A stretch of 63,881 nt of DNA, filler included, from Reticulomyxa filosa (taxonomy: Eukaryota; Protista; Foraminifera), in the NCBI GenBank assembly GCA_000512085.1. It is 24 parts of 24 records of this genome, joined end to end, with 100 filler letters (N's around TTAATTAATTAA, not from the genome) between each part and the next. Parts side by side here need not be neighbours in the genome. Positions count along the whole stretch, not along the records: positions 26,798 to 27,895 come from ASPP01043545.1; positions 27,996 to 30,174 come from ASPP01012534.1; positions 30,275 to 36,479 come from ASPP01021888.1; positions 36,580 to 37,857 come from ASPP01019043.1; positions 37,958 to 39,115 come from ASPP01024390.1; 19 more parts are not named here. The stretch is one strand, 5' to 3'. A program made the translations under genes and the position numbers. Shown piece by piece: positions 27,316-39,061 of the stretch (position 1 is the stretch's first letter; each line of letters starts with the position of its first letter). The notes beneath the pieces were generated by a model. That model saw only the letters and a program-made list of their open reading frames with translations, was not told where the DNA came from and made no database searches.

Positions 27316-27850
27316 ATGAGAGGCGTGAAATTAGTAACAATAGGTGATGGAGGAGTGGGTAAAACCTGTTTTCTGATTACTTACACAACAAGAAGCTTTC
27401 CAGCGGAATATATTCCCACCGTGTTTGACAACTACTCTGCGAACATAACGTGGCAAAACGTACCATTTCAACTTGGATTGTGGGACACCGGGGTAAGTTC
27501 AATATAATATGTGTATACGTATATATTTTTTAGCATATATTGGAACACAATCCATAATGTGCACGTATATACAATTGTGCGAATTGCAACAGGGAAAAGA
27601 AGGTAATGCTGACAACGCATATATGCATCTGAGCTCTCTTTTGACTTAGCCCGAACAATGAGTATTTTTTGTTTTGTTTTAAAGTTGATTTGATCGAATG
27701 GTAATAAAAAAACAAAAGACTATGACCGTTTGCGACCACTGTCGTATCCACAAACGGACGTATTTTTAATATGTTTTGATATCACTCGAAGGCCATCTTT
27801 GCAAAACATAGAAACCAAATGGGTTCCTGAGATCGCACATCATGCTCCTG
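27316..27850 (+). CDS. RAC: Rac-like Rho-family small GTPase, 3' truncated, with a 10-nt micro-exon
   Basis: [23 protein letters not shown] and [16 protein letters not shown], in exact register with Rac1 numbering. Exons 27316-27492, 27593-27602, 27719-27850. Confidence 0.95.
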
Positions 27851-28078
27851 GTTTTTTTTTTTTTTTTAAAAAAGTCTTTGATATATGCATATGTANNNNN
27901 NNNNNNNNNNNNNNNNNNNNNNNNNNNNNNNNNNNNNNNTTAATTAATTAANNNNNNNNNNNNNNNNNNNNNNNNNNNNNNNNNNNNNNNNNNNNAAAAA
28001 GACAAAAAAATAAAAATAAAAAAAATAACCAACACATACACACACACACACACAAAGAAATCCATTCAAATTCAAACA

Positions 28079-30140
28079 TTGCGCGTAGACGAGTCTTGGT
28101 TTGGATACTTGGATCAATTGAAAACGCGGTTGGATTTTCTGTTATATTTATTGACCCACTCATCCTTACGTTTGTCACGCAGACAATACACAATGATTTG
28201 GAACCAGTTTACAAGCGATGCGTTGTGTCGTGAAGAAATGGATCTGTGTTATTTGTGGTTGTTGCAAGGGTCCATCCCTACACAGTGTCTATCGTTACAA
28301 AACACCACGCATTTGAAGCTGTACGAACCGCAAGATCAAAAGTTTTTGTTCGATCAGTGCATTAGTCGATTGCAAGCTGCACATCTTTCGGAAGTTACTT
28401 GATCAAGCAATTATTCTATCTATATATGTACATATATATGTATATATTTGTATATTGTAAATAGACTGGATATCTGTTGGCGGCATCTTTTTTTTGTGCT
28501 TCGAATAAACGCAATGGAAGTTTGGTAATGGAAGGATATAAACAACCCAAGTGGTCAACAACAGAAAACAGATCTGGGACGTCTCAGGGATTAGCAACGA
28601 AATATAATTCGTTATCCCAGGCCAAGGAGTTTTTATCAGCAGTGATGCCCTTTTCTCCGACCGAATCTGCTAGAAAAATGCTGGGACAGTATATAACGTA
28701 TTTGGATAGCAATGACACACCCAACGAAGATGACTCCAACTATTTAGTCAACCCGGACGATCATTACGTCGATCCGAAAATGCTACGAGTGACGGATTAC
28801 AAAATATTGGAAGGCGTGCCCTACTTTTGGGAGGTTGTCTTGAAAGCGCGTCTGCCTAAAGTCGGTGCTCAAGCGAGTGAATTGCTAAACGCTCTGCACT
28901 TTAACTTTACATCCAATTTGAGGCCGAAGGAGCAATCGGATATCCGAAGTGAGTATGTGAGGAAGTGCTTGAAGCACTTATCCAATGCCCTCGTCACAAA
29001 GAAAGAACAAGAAGACGCTCCTATGGTCGTCAAGCGGATGATCCGGTTGTTGCGATCGTTTTTGGAGGGCTTTGTCACTATTAAAAAAGAGAGTGACGAC
29101 ACAGTGGATGTAGAAGTCAAACCAAACAAGTTCTTCCGCTTGGCAAGTTATAAACTCACGCTGGTAATGAATGAAACGCTCAGTCATTTGTACAAAACGA
29201 TCCACCGTCGTTTACAGAAAATACACAATGGTATATTACTTCAGGACATCATCATCAAATGGAACAAAGACGTCACGTTGCTTTGCAACCAGACCCCAAT
29301 CTCACAAATCGATTGGCGCAAATCCCGAGTGTTGGAAGTCCTTCGATTTGAACAAACTTTCGTTCGAAACTTTACTCAATGGTAATTTTTTTTATTTTTT
29401 TTATTTTTTTTTTTTTTTGGTATCTTAACTCTTGTGGTCAATTTCCAATTGTAATTGAAATGATTAATTATTTGAAGTACATATAATATATAATTGGCAC
29501 ATAAATATATGTATATGTTTATGTAATTATATATTATATGTTTATGTATATCTGCGTTTGTGTGTTGTTGCTATCCTATATACATATATATGTATATATA
29601 TGTATATGTATATATCGAAACAGCCCGCAAAATCAAATCATATCACAGGGCTACTTGTTCCCAATTGAGTCCTCGTATCCTCAACCTCCTCAACACTCAA
29701 AATTGACTGGATTCAAGAATGTAACAGAATTGCGGGATTTCCACAAAGATCAAGTCGCCTTTGACCGTCTGTTTCCATTACTGAAGAACCCCAAAGTGGC
29801 TCCAATTGTTTGGGATATTCTGGAGCTGTTACCACCAAGCTATAACCACGTGCAGAGAGTATTGAATTTGGTAACGCAAGGAAATCTGGACCCGAGCCAA
29901 TTTTTTCAATTGTTCACCGTCAAAGATCCTTATCAAATGCTTTATTATTTGCAAATACTGTCGGCAGTAATCTTGGGCATGGAATACCATAGCGAATATC
30001 TCACCTCGTTCAATCGACGAATGACGCACAACGACTGGGTTTCCAAGTTTGTTTCTTGTGGTGGTTTTGGATTGCTTTGTGAGCTGTTATTTGCGGACGA
30101 AATGATGGAATCGTCTTCCCCGTTAGTCTTTTCTATCAGG
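28079..30140 (+). CDS. USP9X/USP24/USP34-like deubiquitinase, N-terminal helical-repeat region (fragment)
   Basis: RLDFLLYLL..L.LS..Q...IW, LEGVPYFWEVVL..ASELL, VWDILELLP, MLYYLQIL and FVSCGGFGLL resemble the non-catalytic region of the FAF/USP34 family. Three or more exons; no catalytic domain in the contig. Confidence 0.65.
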
Positions 30141-30274
30141 GGTTTCTAATAATAATAACAATAATAATAATAATNNNNNNNNNNNNNNNNNNNNNNNNNN
30201 NNNNNNNNNNNNNNNNNNTTAATTAATTAANNNNNNNNNNNNNNNNNNNNNNNNNNNNNNNNNNNNNNNNNNNN

Positions 30275-33200
30275 CATTAACAATAACATTAACAGTAACA
30301 TTAATAGTAACATTAATAGTAATAGCAATATTAACAATGGCATTAATAATAACATTAACAGTAATGTTAACAACTACAACCACAATAACTACCCTGTTTA
30401 TAATGATTACGGTGGAAACAATCGCGGGCAATACTATTCATACAACAATCCCAACACTTATGTCGATCGCGTGTATAATGATCAATCCAACGGTTACGAA
30501 AGACAAGGTTAGCACATTAAAAATAAATTAAAAAAAAATGAAAAGAAATTTTGAAATTGTGAAGATCGACCAATAAAAAAAAAAAAAAAAAAAAAACGGT
30601 AAGATACCCCAATTTTGCAGAAGATATGACAATGTTATCAGCCGTGCCAAAGGTGCCTGAATTAATTGAAGTCCCAGAGTTCAACTCTGACCCAGTTGCT
30701 TTCCAACGACAACACATACCAAAAATAAAAGCATAATAAAGAAACCCTCAAAAAAAAAACAGGAAGTCCTTGAATTAAATCGCCGGTGTGGGTTCATAAT
30801 ACTTTTGAACAGCCGATTGTTGGAGTTGCAATTAGAAAGCAAGTTGAACTTTCCCAAATTGGATATTGGCAAAAGAGAAGAGAAATTAAAAGTTTTGTTT
30901 TCTTTTTTTTTAAAAAAAAAAAATAGGTGGTGTAAACATTACAATTGAAACTGTGAAATTCAATAACAACAAAAAATACATAAATAAATATGTATACTAA
31001 AAAAAAAAAAAAAACTATATATATATATATGTACATATGTGTACATGGCGGTGTCTGGAAAGGAACTGTTTGGAACACATTACGAGAAGATGATTCAAGA
31101 AAAAGCAGAATTGGAACGCACTCGTCGTAACAATGAAAAGGAGCTGAATCAATTGCGTCCATTGCGCCAAGTGAATCAAGACTTAATGCGTGAAATCAAT
31201 CGTCTTCAGAGAAAACAATCGATCCATTTTGTCAAATGTCAAATCCATTGTTTAGTTGAATTTCAATACACATTTCACATTTATACATAAATATATGCAT
31301 AAATATATACATAAATGTATACATATACACATATATGCATATATGTATATACATACATGTATTCGATAGAATAATGCTGATATCCGATCAATGCTATCTG
31401 AAAAGAGTAGACAATATGTGCAAGACATTGAGTACCAACTGAACTACTACCGAATACAAGTGTCCACGTTGCTTCGCGAAGTGGAGAACTTGAGACATGC
31501 GTGCAATGGCTGCATGGACCGAGTGGGACAGGCGCAGTCGGACTTGACCGCGGCCAGAGACGAAATGTCGGCGCTGGTGAGCCAGATGAAGGAGGTGGAC
31601 GAGCAAACAAAAGCGGACAAAGATGATGTGCGTCGATTGAAAGCGGAAATGGAACAGATGAAATCGCAAATTGACACGGACAAGCAGGCGTTGCAATGGC
31701 AATTGGAACATATCAAAAACGAAAAGGAAGTGCTCAGCGAGGCCTTATCCAATGAACGGTCCAAGCAAGCCGCCCTCGAATACGAAGTATCTTCAGATGT
31801 CAAGTACGCTAAACAAGTCAAGGAGTTGCAGGACCAATTGAGTATGATCGAAGCTAATAAAATCCAAGTCCAAGACCAATGGGAAAAAGTTTATCATTTA
31901 TTTGTTTATTTATATATATGTATACACCATATACATATACATGTACATATATGGTGTATTTATGTATATAAAGAGGGTGAAAGATAACCAAGAATTAGCA
32001 GACAAATTCAGAGCGAAATATGAGTCAGTGAAACAACACATAAAAACGCTGGAATTACAACACAACGAGTACGTCCGTGTGAACGAAGCCCTGAAAAAGC
32101 AAAACAACGAGTTTCGACAAATGATCACCAAGTTGCAACAGCAACTGAAGCAGGTGATGATGAACAACATGGGCATGATGAACGGAATGTCAATGATGGG
32201 AATGGGAGGAATGGGAGGAATGGGACCGATGGCCGCCATGGCTGGCTTTACCAATATGAATGCCTTGGCTCGCATGAATGCGCAATTCTTGTCGCAACAA
32301 GAAGCCATGAAAAACCAGAAAACTGATGTCAATTCCTTGTCTTCTGTCGATAATCTCAACAATAATAATAACAGTAATAATAACAATAACAACAATAATA
32401 ATAATAATAACAATGGCAATAACAATAACAAGAGCAGCAACAACAATAATAATAATAATAATAATAGTAACATTAATAATAACAGCAACATTAATAATAA
32501 TAGCAATATTAATAATAATAGTAATATTAATAGTAATATTAATAATAATAGTAATATTAATAATAATAATAATAGCAACAGTAATAATTATAATAACAAT
32601 GACAATCGCAGCAATAACAACAACAAAAACAATAAGAACAATCAAGTTTCGAATAATGACAATATACAGCCCAAACGCAGATCTTCTTCGAAGGAAAACC
32701 CTCCCAAACCTGTTGTTATGTTTTCAAAACTAAGAAATTACATACATATGTGCCGTATGTTTATGTACTTGTTTATACGTAGAGATACGTAGAAGTTGTA
32801 TACGTATTGTATGTATTATAATGATCATCTCTCTCAAACAAAAAAAAAAAAACAAATGCAGCCACAGGAAATGCAGAAAAAAAAGCCAGAGTTGAAACAA
32901 GCACCCTTTGGTGAAGGAGTTCCGGATAATGAAATACCCAAAGAATTGTTGGAACAAGAAGAAGAAGAAGAAGATAATGAAAATGACATGTTCAATAACA
33001 ATCAATTGAAACGAGAGTTCAGTGATCCAATCAATCCACAGCCCATGCAAGAAATTTGGGGCAGAAAAACCAAAAACATTAGTCAAAAAGGATCCAAGAA
33101 AAGAATGCTTGTAGAATGGCACTTTGTTACATCCGACAGTTCTGCTTTTAGTTTTTATTTTGGCTCTTTTTTATTTTTGTTGGCTTTTGCGCATTTTTGG

Positions 33201-33487
33201 CTTTTTATTGTTGTTGCTGCTGTTCACTCCTTGCATTAGGTACACCACATACCATCGTGTTGCAACACACGCAAGATAGCAAGACCAAGACGCGTCGCAT
33301 GTTGTGGGTTGATGGCAGCGAGAAATATAATAACAAATCGAGCGCTTCTTCATTTCGAATTGAAATAGATAGGGACGTTATTGTTGTCATGATTGAGCTC
33401 ATCGGAAATGAGTACCAATACAAATTGACAATCAATGGCCTAAGTTATTCTGAAGCTTTTGAAATATGGAAATCGCAAAATAAATAA
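30275..33487 (+). CDS. Multi-exon coiled-coil protein with Met/Gly- and Asn-rich tracts and a C-terminal FAIM1-like domain
   Basis: Coiled-coil exons near 31045-31220, 31369-31888 and 31980-32715. Terminal exons give VEWHFVTSD..PHTIVLQH..RRMLWVDGSE..YQYKLTINGLS; stop at 33485-33487. 5' structure uncertain. Confidence 0.7.
32359..32640 (+). repeat. (AAT/AAC)n poly-Asn tract; similar tracts near 5428-5476, 5840-5882, 43720-43750, 47775-47840 and 61225-61345
   Basis: Trinucleotide runs visible directly. They generate many spurious poly-I/poly-L ORFs in the track. Confidence 0.9.
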
Positions 33488-33876
33488 AATGTTAATTTTC
33501 AAAAACTACTTTCCTACATTTTTTTTTTTTCACGGATGCAAAATACTTTTTTTTTCTCTGTTCTTGCTGTAAAATCGTTTTCAATTGCGAAAAAAAAAAA
33601 CAACAACTCTTAATCGCTTCATACTATTCGACTACGTTTCAAAAGCCATAATTTTGCTGTTACTTACACAAAAAAAATAAAATACGAATTGCTATTTTTG
33701 ACTATTTAGTTTCGACTTATTGTTGAAATGTATAAAAAAATAACCAATTATGTTATTTCCTGCACGTAGATGTACGAAATAAATTGCCAGGCGAGTAGAC
33801 AATTTGTTCTGTTTTTGAGTGGCAAAAAGAATCACAAATAACTCGGAAAAAACTCACTGAACTTTCTAACGAAGAA

Positions 33877-35700
33877 ATGTCGTTATCTAAATTATATGTC
33901 AACGATGGTACAAAAATACGTACAATACCTTCGCCATCACAGACAATGAGAGAACAACCCTCAACTGTGCAATCGATAGACTCAGCTGACGTTTTGACGA
34001 CAGTTAACGACAAAAAAGAAGACAATGAAGAAGTAATGAAGGAGGAACACATTGCAGAGATATTGGATTTTAGGAGACATTGGGATGCAGATTGGAGAGC
34101 TGGGAATACGGAAGCAGCAAAAAGGGTTGAAGAAGCTTTAAATAATAATGAGCATAAGTTAATTGTTGTCGCGTATAATTCATCAGAATGGAAAAATGTA
34201 AAAGATGAATATTATTTCTCAAATTTTTCTTTTATAAAATTGGTGAATGATGATAATATAATTAAAGAAGAATTTGATGAATATTGGTTATTTGAGATTA
34301 GAGACAAATTAATTATATTAGATAATATATGTATTGATGGAAGTATTTATATTGTAAATTGTGAATTACAATGTAAAAAGAATGTTGATATTAAATCAAA
34401 TATATTTATTACTAAAAATGGTATTTTTAGTGAAGAAGAAAAAAAAGATATTAAAATAATTGAATGGAATACAAAAATATACTATGAAATTTTAATTAAA
34501 CTTCAAGATATTGAAGAAAATCTGAATAAATATTTTTTAGAAAAAAAATGGGATGATTGTTTTATTAATTCAGAAAAATATTTAAAAATTTGTATTGAAA
34601 CATTTGGATTAAATAATTATTATGTTGCAACTGCATATAATAATATTGGAATTCTTTTTAAAGCAAAAGAACAACCTGACAAAGCAATTGAATTTATAGA
34701 AAAAGCAATAAATATTATGAATAATTATGAAAAAGATAATATGTTTATTGCTCAATTATATCATAATCTAGGAGAAAGTTATAATAGTTTAGAACAACAT
34801 GATATTGCAATTAATTTATTTGAAAAAGCGATAAAAATTAAATTAAATTTATTTAATGAAGATCATAGTAGTATTATTCGTACATATAATAGTTTGGCTT
34901 TTAGTTATTATCAAAAAGATAAAAATATTACAGCATTACAATTATATGAAAAGGTATTAAATATTAGATTAAATAAATTTGGAAATGATCATATTGATAT
35001 TGCATCTTCTTATAAATGCTTAGGTAGATGTTATGATAGCATTGAAGATTTTTATACCGCTATTAATTATTACAAAAAATCATTAAATATTATAAAAATA
35101 TGTAATAATAACCAAAGTGATATTGCTGTTATGTATTATGATATAGCTAGGATTTATTATCATGTAAAGCAATACGATGATGCAATTGATTATCATCAAA
35201 AAGCATTAGAAATTAGATTAAATAATAGCAATAATGATAACAATAATTCTATAGATATTATTAATTCTTATGATGAATTAGGATTATCTTATTTTAATAT
35301 TGAAAATTATGATGAGTCAATTAAATGTTGGGAAAGTTCATTAAAAATTAAATTAAATATATTTGGTAAATATCATTCCGATGTTGCTTTTGTATATATG
35401 CGTTTAGGATCATCATATTTTGTTAAAGGTTTCTATTCTAATGCAATTGAATGTTGTGAAAATGCATTACAAATAAGAAAAACAATTTTTCAGAAAATAA
35501 ATAAAGATCTTTCTGATACTTATCTTGCTTTAGGAGCAATCTTTGAAAAGATTGGAAAAAAAGAGATTGCTATTCAATATTTTGAAGAATTATGGAAAGC
35601 ACGAAGTCAATTGTTTGGAGAATGGAATCAAGATACAGATTATGCCAAAAAAAGACTGACACAAATTGAAAATGAAGATTATTTAATTATTTGCGATTAA
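33877..35700 (+). CDS. Intronless TPR-repeat protein (kinesin-light-chain-type ~42-aa TPRs), 607 aa
   Basis: About 8 repeats of A..Y.NLG..Y......D.AI..Y.KAL.I.L..FG..H.D. Complete ORF ending TAA. Confidence 0.9.
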   Translation: MSLSKLYVNDGTKIRTIPSPSQTMREQPSTVQSIDSADVLTTVNDKKEDNEEVMKEEHIAEILDFRRHWDADWRAGNTEAAKRVEEALNNNEHKLIVVAYNSSEWKNVKDEYYFSNFSFIKLVNDDNIIKEEFDEYWLFEIRDKLIILDNICIDGSIYIVNCELQCKKNVDIKSNIFITKNGIFSEEEKKDIKIIEWNTKIYYEILIKLQDIEENLNKYFLEKKWDDCFINSEKYLKICIETFGLNNYYVATAYNNIGILFKAKEQPDKAIEFIEKAINIMNNYEKDNMFIAQLYHNLGESYNSLEQHDIAINLFEKAIKIKLNLFNEDHSSIIRTYNSLAFSYYQKDKNITALQLYEKVLNIRLNKFGNDHIDIASSYKCLGRCYDSIEDFYTAINYYKKSLNIIKICNNNQSDIAVMYYDIARIYYHVKQYDDAIDYHQKALEIRLNNSNNDNNNSIDIINSYDELGLSYFNIENYDESIKCWESSLKIKLNIFGKYHSDVAFVYMRLGSSYFVKGFYSNAIECCENALQIRKTIFQKINKDLSDTYLALGAIFEKIGKKEIAIQYFEELWKARSQLFGEWNQDTDYAKKRLTQIENEDYLIICD

Positions 35701-36617
35701 TATCTTCATTTAATTACATGTAAGTAATACTATAATAAAACATTTTTAAAAATATAAAAATAAAAGTTTGCTCTTAAAATTATCACTTCAATCATGAAAA
35801 TTTATCATCCAAAGAAAAATATACACGCACTTGTTGAATATGATAAACAAACTAAACTGAGGAATATTTAAATATTATTTTTTTTCTTTATGAATTTTAT
35901 GATAAGTTTATTCATGAAAAATGAATATTTTTTTCAAAAAAGTGAATGATATTAAAAGTTAAAAAAATATTACGCGTTTTATTGTTTCTGAAGATTACAG
36001 TAAATTGAAAAAAAACTGGTACTATTATGAAGAGAATCGATTTTCTCTATGAAAAATAAATATTTGTATGATTTTGCATTAATACATATAAATCAACATG
36101 TATTGCCAAGAATTAACTGTCATTCTCATAATTTAAACTATAAGACACAATGTTTGTTATGTCATCTTTTAATATTTGTTTGAAAAATTTTTACTTTCTT
36201 GTTGTATGTTTCAACATAAAATCAATATAGTTAAATTCATATATAAAAATATTGTGAAATAAGCACATCAATAGCCAACAAAACAATATTCTAAATAGTT
36301 CCGCCAAATTAACTTAAAATAATTTTCTTTATTTGTCACAAAATATTTCGTTGGTTCCTTGTAAAATGACTTCAAAATATCTTTAATTCATTTTAGTGAT
36401 CACTGCAATGTTATCTGTTAAATACAGCAACAATTGCAATCATTATCAACATATACTAATATTTTTACTTTAAAAAGTTNNNNNNNNNNNNNNNNNNNNN
36501 NNNNNNNNNNNNNNNNNNNNNNNTTAATTAATTAANNNNNNNNNNNNNNNNNNNNNNNNNNNNNNNNNNNNNNNNNNNNATATATATATGTATGTGTGTG
36601 TTTAATTGATGAAATAG

Positions 36618-37142
36618 TCTTCAGATCGTTATTTGGCGACCTTGCGACTGCAAAAAATTGGGTTTGTATTTCAAACTTTCAATTTGATTAGCACAATGAG
36701 CGCGTTTGAAAACGTCGAGTTGCCAATGATAATCCATGGCAAACTATCGCGCAAAGAGTGCAAACAACGGGCGATCGAACTTTTGGAAATGGTCGGTCTA
36801 GGAGATCGGCTGGAACACTTGCCATCTGAACTGAGTGGTGGTGAACAACAAAGGGTCACCATTGCCAGGGCCTTGGCCAATCAACCTGAAATCCTTTTGC
36901 TCGACGAACCGACAGGTGACTTGGACACTAAAAATACCATCGAAGTCATGGACATTATTTACGATATCAATCGCGCCAAACAAACCACTTGCTTGATGGT
37001 CACGCATAACCCCGACTTGGAATGCTATGCTGACCGCATCTTGTATGTTAAGGATGGCAAGTTCCAAAAACAGGCCATCAACACCATTCAAACCAAACTA
37101 GAACTTGATACCTACTTGGCTTACATCAACGAAGAATACTAA
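36618..37142 (+). CDS. ABC transporter ATPase of MacB/LolD/FtsE type, last exon
   Basis: IGFVFQTFNL Q-loop, ENVELP, LSGGEQQRVTIARAL signature, LLLDEPTGDLD Walker B, VTHN switch. Preceded by a TA-rich intron ending AG at 36617. Confidence 0.92.
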   Translation, partial: SSDRYLATLRLQKIGFVFQTFNLISTMSAFENVELPMIIHGKLSRKECKQRAIELLEMVGLGDRLEHLPSELSGGEQQRVTIARALANQPEILLLDEPTGDLDTKNTIEVMDIIYDINRAKQTTCLMVTHNPDLECYADRILYVKDGKFQKQAINTIQTKLELDTYLAYINEEY

Positions 37143-37397
37143 ATTTTTATCTCTTAACGCTTCATTTACTCATTTGATAATAACACAAGCCCTTTTTTTT
37201 ATTATTATCAAAAAAAATTATCTTTAACAATTTATATGTAACTCCTGTTCAATCTCTTTCATTTTTTTTTTTGGAATTGTTCTTAATTACAAAAATAATT
37301 ACAAATATTAAAAAACTGACACAGTGCGAGTGATTTCTTTTACTTGCAAAAGATATTTTCGTATGATAATTTCTTGTAAAAAAGTTAAAAAGAAAAA

Positions 37398-37503
37398 CGT
37401 CCAACTTGACATACGGGCCACTGCTTCTATGGACCAGGCCAGCGACTTCACAGCATGTGCCCACCATGCCTACCCATCCTAGTTTCGTGGAGGTTCCGTA
37501 GAG
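37398..37503 (-). ncRNA. Candidate structured non-coding RNA (unassigned)
   Basis: GC-rich island in AT-rich intergenic DNA. Minus-strand pairings UACGG/CCGUA, ACC-UCC/GGA-GGU, GGCAUG/CAUGCU, GUCGCUG/CAGUGGC, followed by a T-run. Confidence 0.3.
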
Positions 37504-37957
37504 AATTTGGATGTTTTTGGATCTACTATTGTAGAATTTTAATCTTATATAATGATTAATCTATATAGTTGACCTAAATTTTTTATCACACTTTTTTTGC
37601 AGGGAAAATGTTGTTCATCTTTCAAAGTAACACTTTCTTGTTGAACCTGCTAAACTTTATACAAGCATTTGACTCTAAATAATGGCAGAGCTCGTGTCTC
37701 TGGAGATAATGTTCTCAATCTTGGTGTTCATGATGATAGTGATTGTGAGTGTCCATATGTGTATAAAGCCTTCAGGAGTTGAACAATAAGTATGGCCATC
37801 GAATCAAATTACAAGATCGATTGCAATTGTTTATAGCTGCCGGAGCTTTGCTGTTTTNNNNNNNNNNNNNNNNNNNNNNNNNNNNNNNNNNNNNNNNNNN
37901 NTTAATTAATTAANNNNNNNNNNNNNNNNNNNNNNNNNNNNNNNNNNNNNNNNNNNN

Positions 37958-39061
37958 ATGACGATGATGATAATGGCGATGATGATGATGATGAAGGGTA
38001 TGAGGATGACGATGAAGACGACGACGCCCAAAGTGGGGAATTGATGAAAAATAAAACAACCAAAAAAAAACGCAAAGTCATGTCTGTATTGCCCATGGAA
38101 CGCGTGAAAAAAAGAAGTCATTCTTTGCGAGATATGGACAACCAACAATGGTCGGAAATGATCGAAAAACACCTTTTTCAAAACAAAGAGCTGGAAATCT
38201 ATCACAACGAAGCACGCCTAATCTCTCATTTCAATTCTTTAAATGCTCACATTACTGTCCATTTTGACGAGTCCATACCTATGCAAGTTAAGTGTTGTGC
38301 AAGTCATTTGATGAGTTAATGAAGAAAGAGAAAGAGAAAGAGAAAAAAAAAAAATGACAATGAACAGCACAAACATAGAGATACTCAAAAAAAAATATAT
38401 ATATATATTTTTTTTGTCATTGCTACACCCACATATATAGACCTTGCTTGGCTATGGAAATATCAAAGATGTTGTAATGACGGTTCCTCTGATGTGCGTG
38501 CTAGAAAAACCAGTCATCTCTCAAGAAAGAGCAGATGACTATTTTTTGACAGTTTGTGTCCAGTTTGTGTCGATGCTTTTTCAATCAAATATAATATGTA
38601 TATTTGTATACGTATACGTATACGTACACGTATGATGTATTACAAATGATAACATCCTGGCCGATATATATATGCTTATCAAAAACAAAAAACCAAAAAA
38701 AATAAACAGTTGAAATGGGAGATCTTGAGTAGTTTTGGGGACAATATTCGTGATATGAAAGTGGAGGTTCGATCGAGTGAGAAAAAGAGAAAAACAAGGA
38801 TAAATGAGTTGGAAGGTAGCAAGTTTGATACCGAAGACAAGGAGGAAGAACACCAGAAATGGATAACCGTATCGGACCCTTCGCAAGTGAAAAAGTTTGT
38901 GAAGGAAAAACCGGAAAGCTGCTTGACCACAATTCTATGTTCACACAGCCCACTTCATGTACAAAAAGGAGTGTATTACGAGTTTCGTATTGCTATTCGT
39001 TGCAAATATCCAATTGAGCATCAAGTCCTATCCAATCAACATTTGATTTATGTACCATTAG
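37958..39061 (+). CDS. Fragment of an unknown multi-exon protein with an acidic segment
   Basis: Exon-like blocks near 37958-38287, 38441-38550 and 38710-39061 flanked by GT/AG. No family recognised. Confidence 0.55.

Noticed and set aside
31910-32733. Long poly-Leu/poly-Ile ORFs here and near 5248-5661, 43597-44053, 59945-60483, 61060-61513 and 62586-63495
   Set aside because: Antisense or off-frame shadows of (AAT)n, (GAT)n and (GAA)n tracts.
37398-37503. tRNA, 5S rRNA, hammerhead, TPP riboswitch, U3 or SRP identity for the GC island
   Set aside because: No TTCRA T-loop, an incomplete CUGANGA/GAAA core and stem II, no TPP P2 pairing, no box C/D, and too short for a eukaryotic SRP RNA. Left unassigned.
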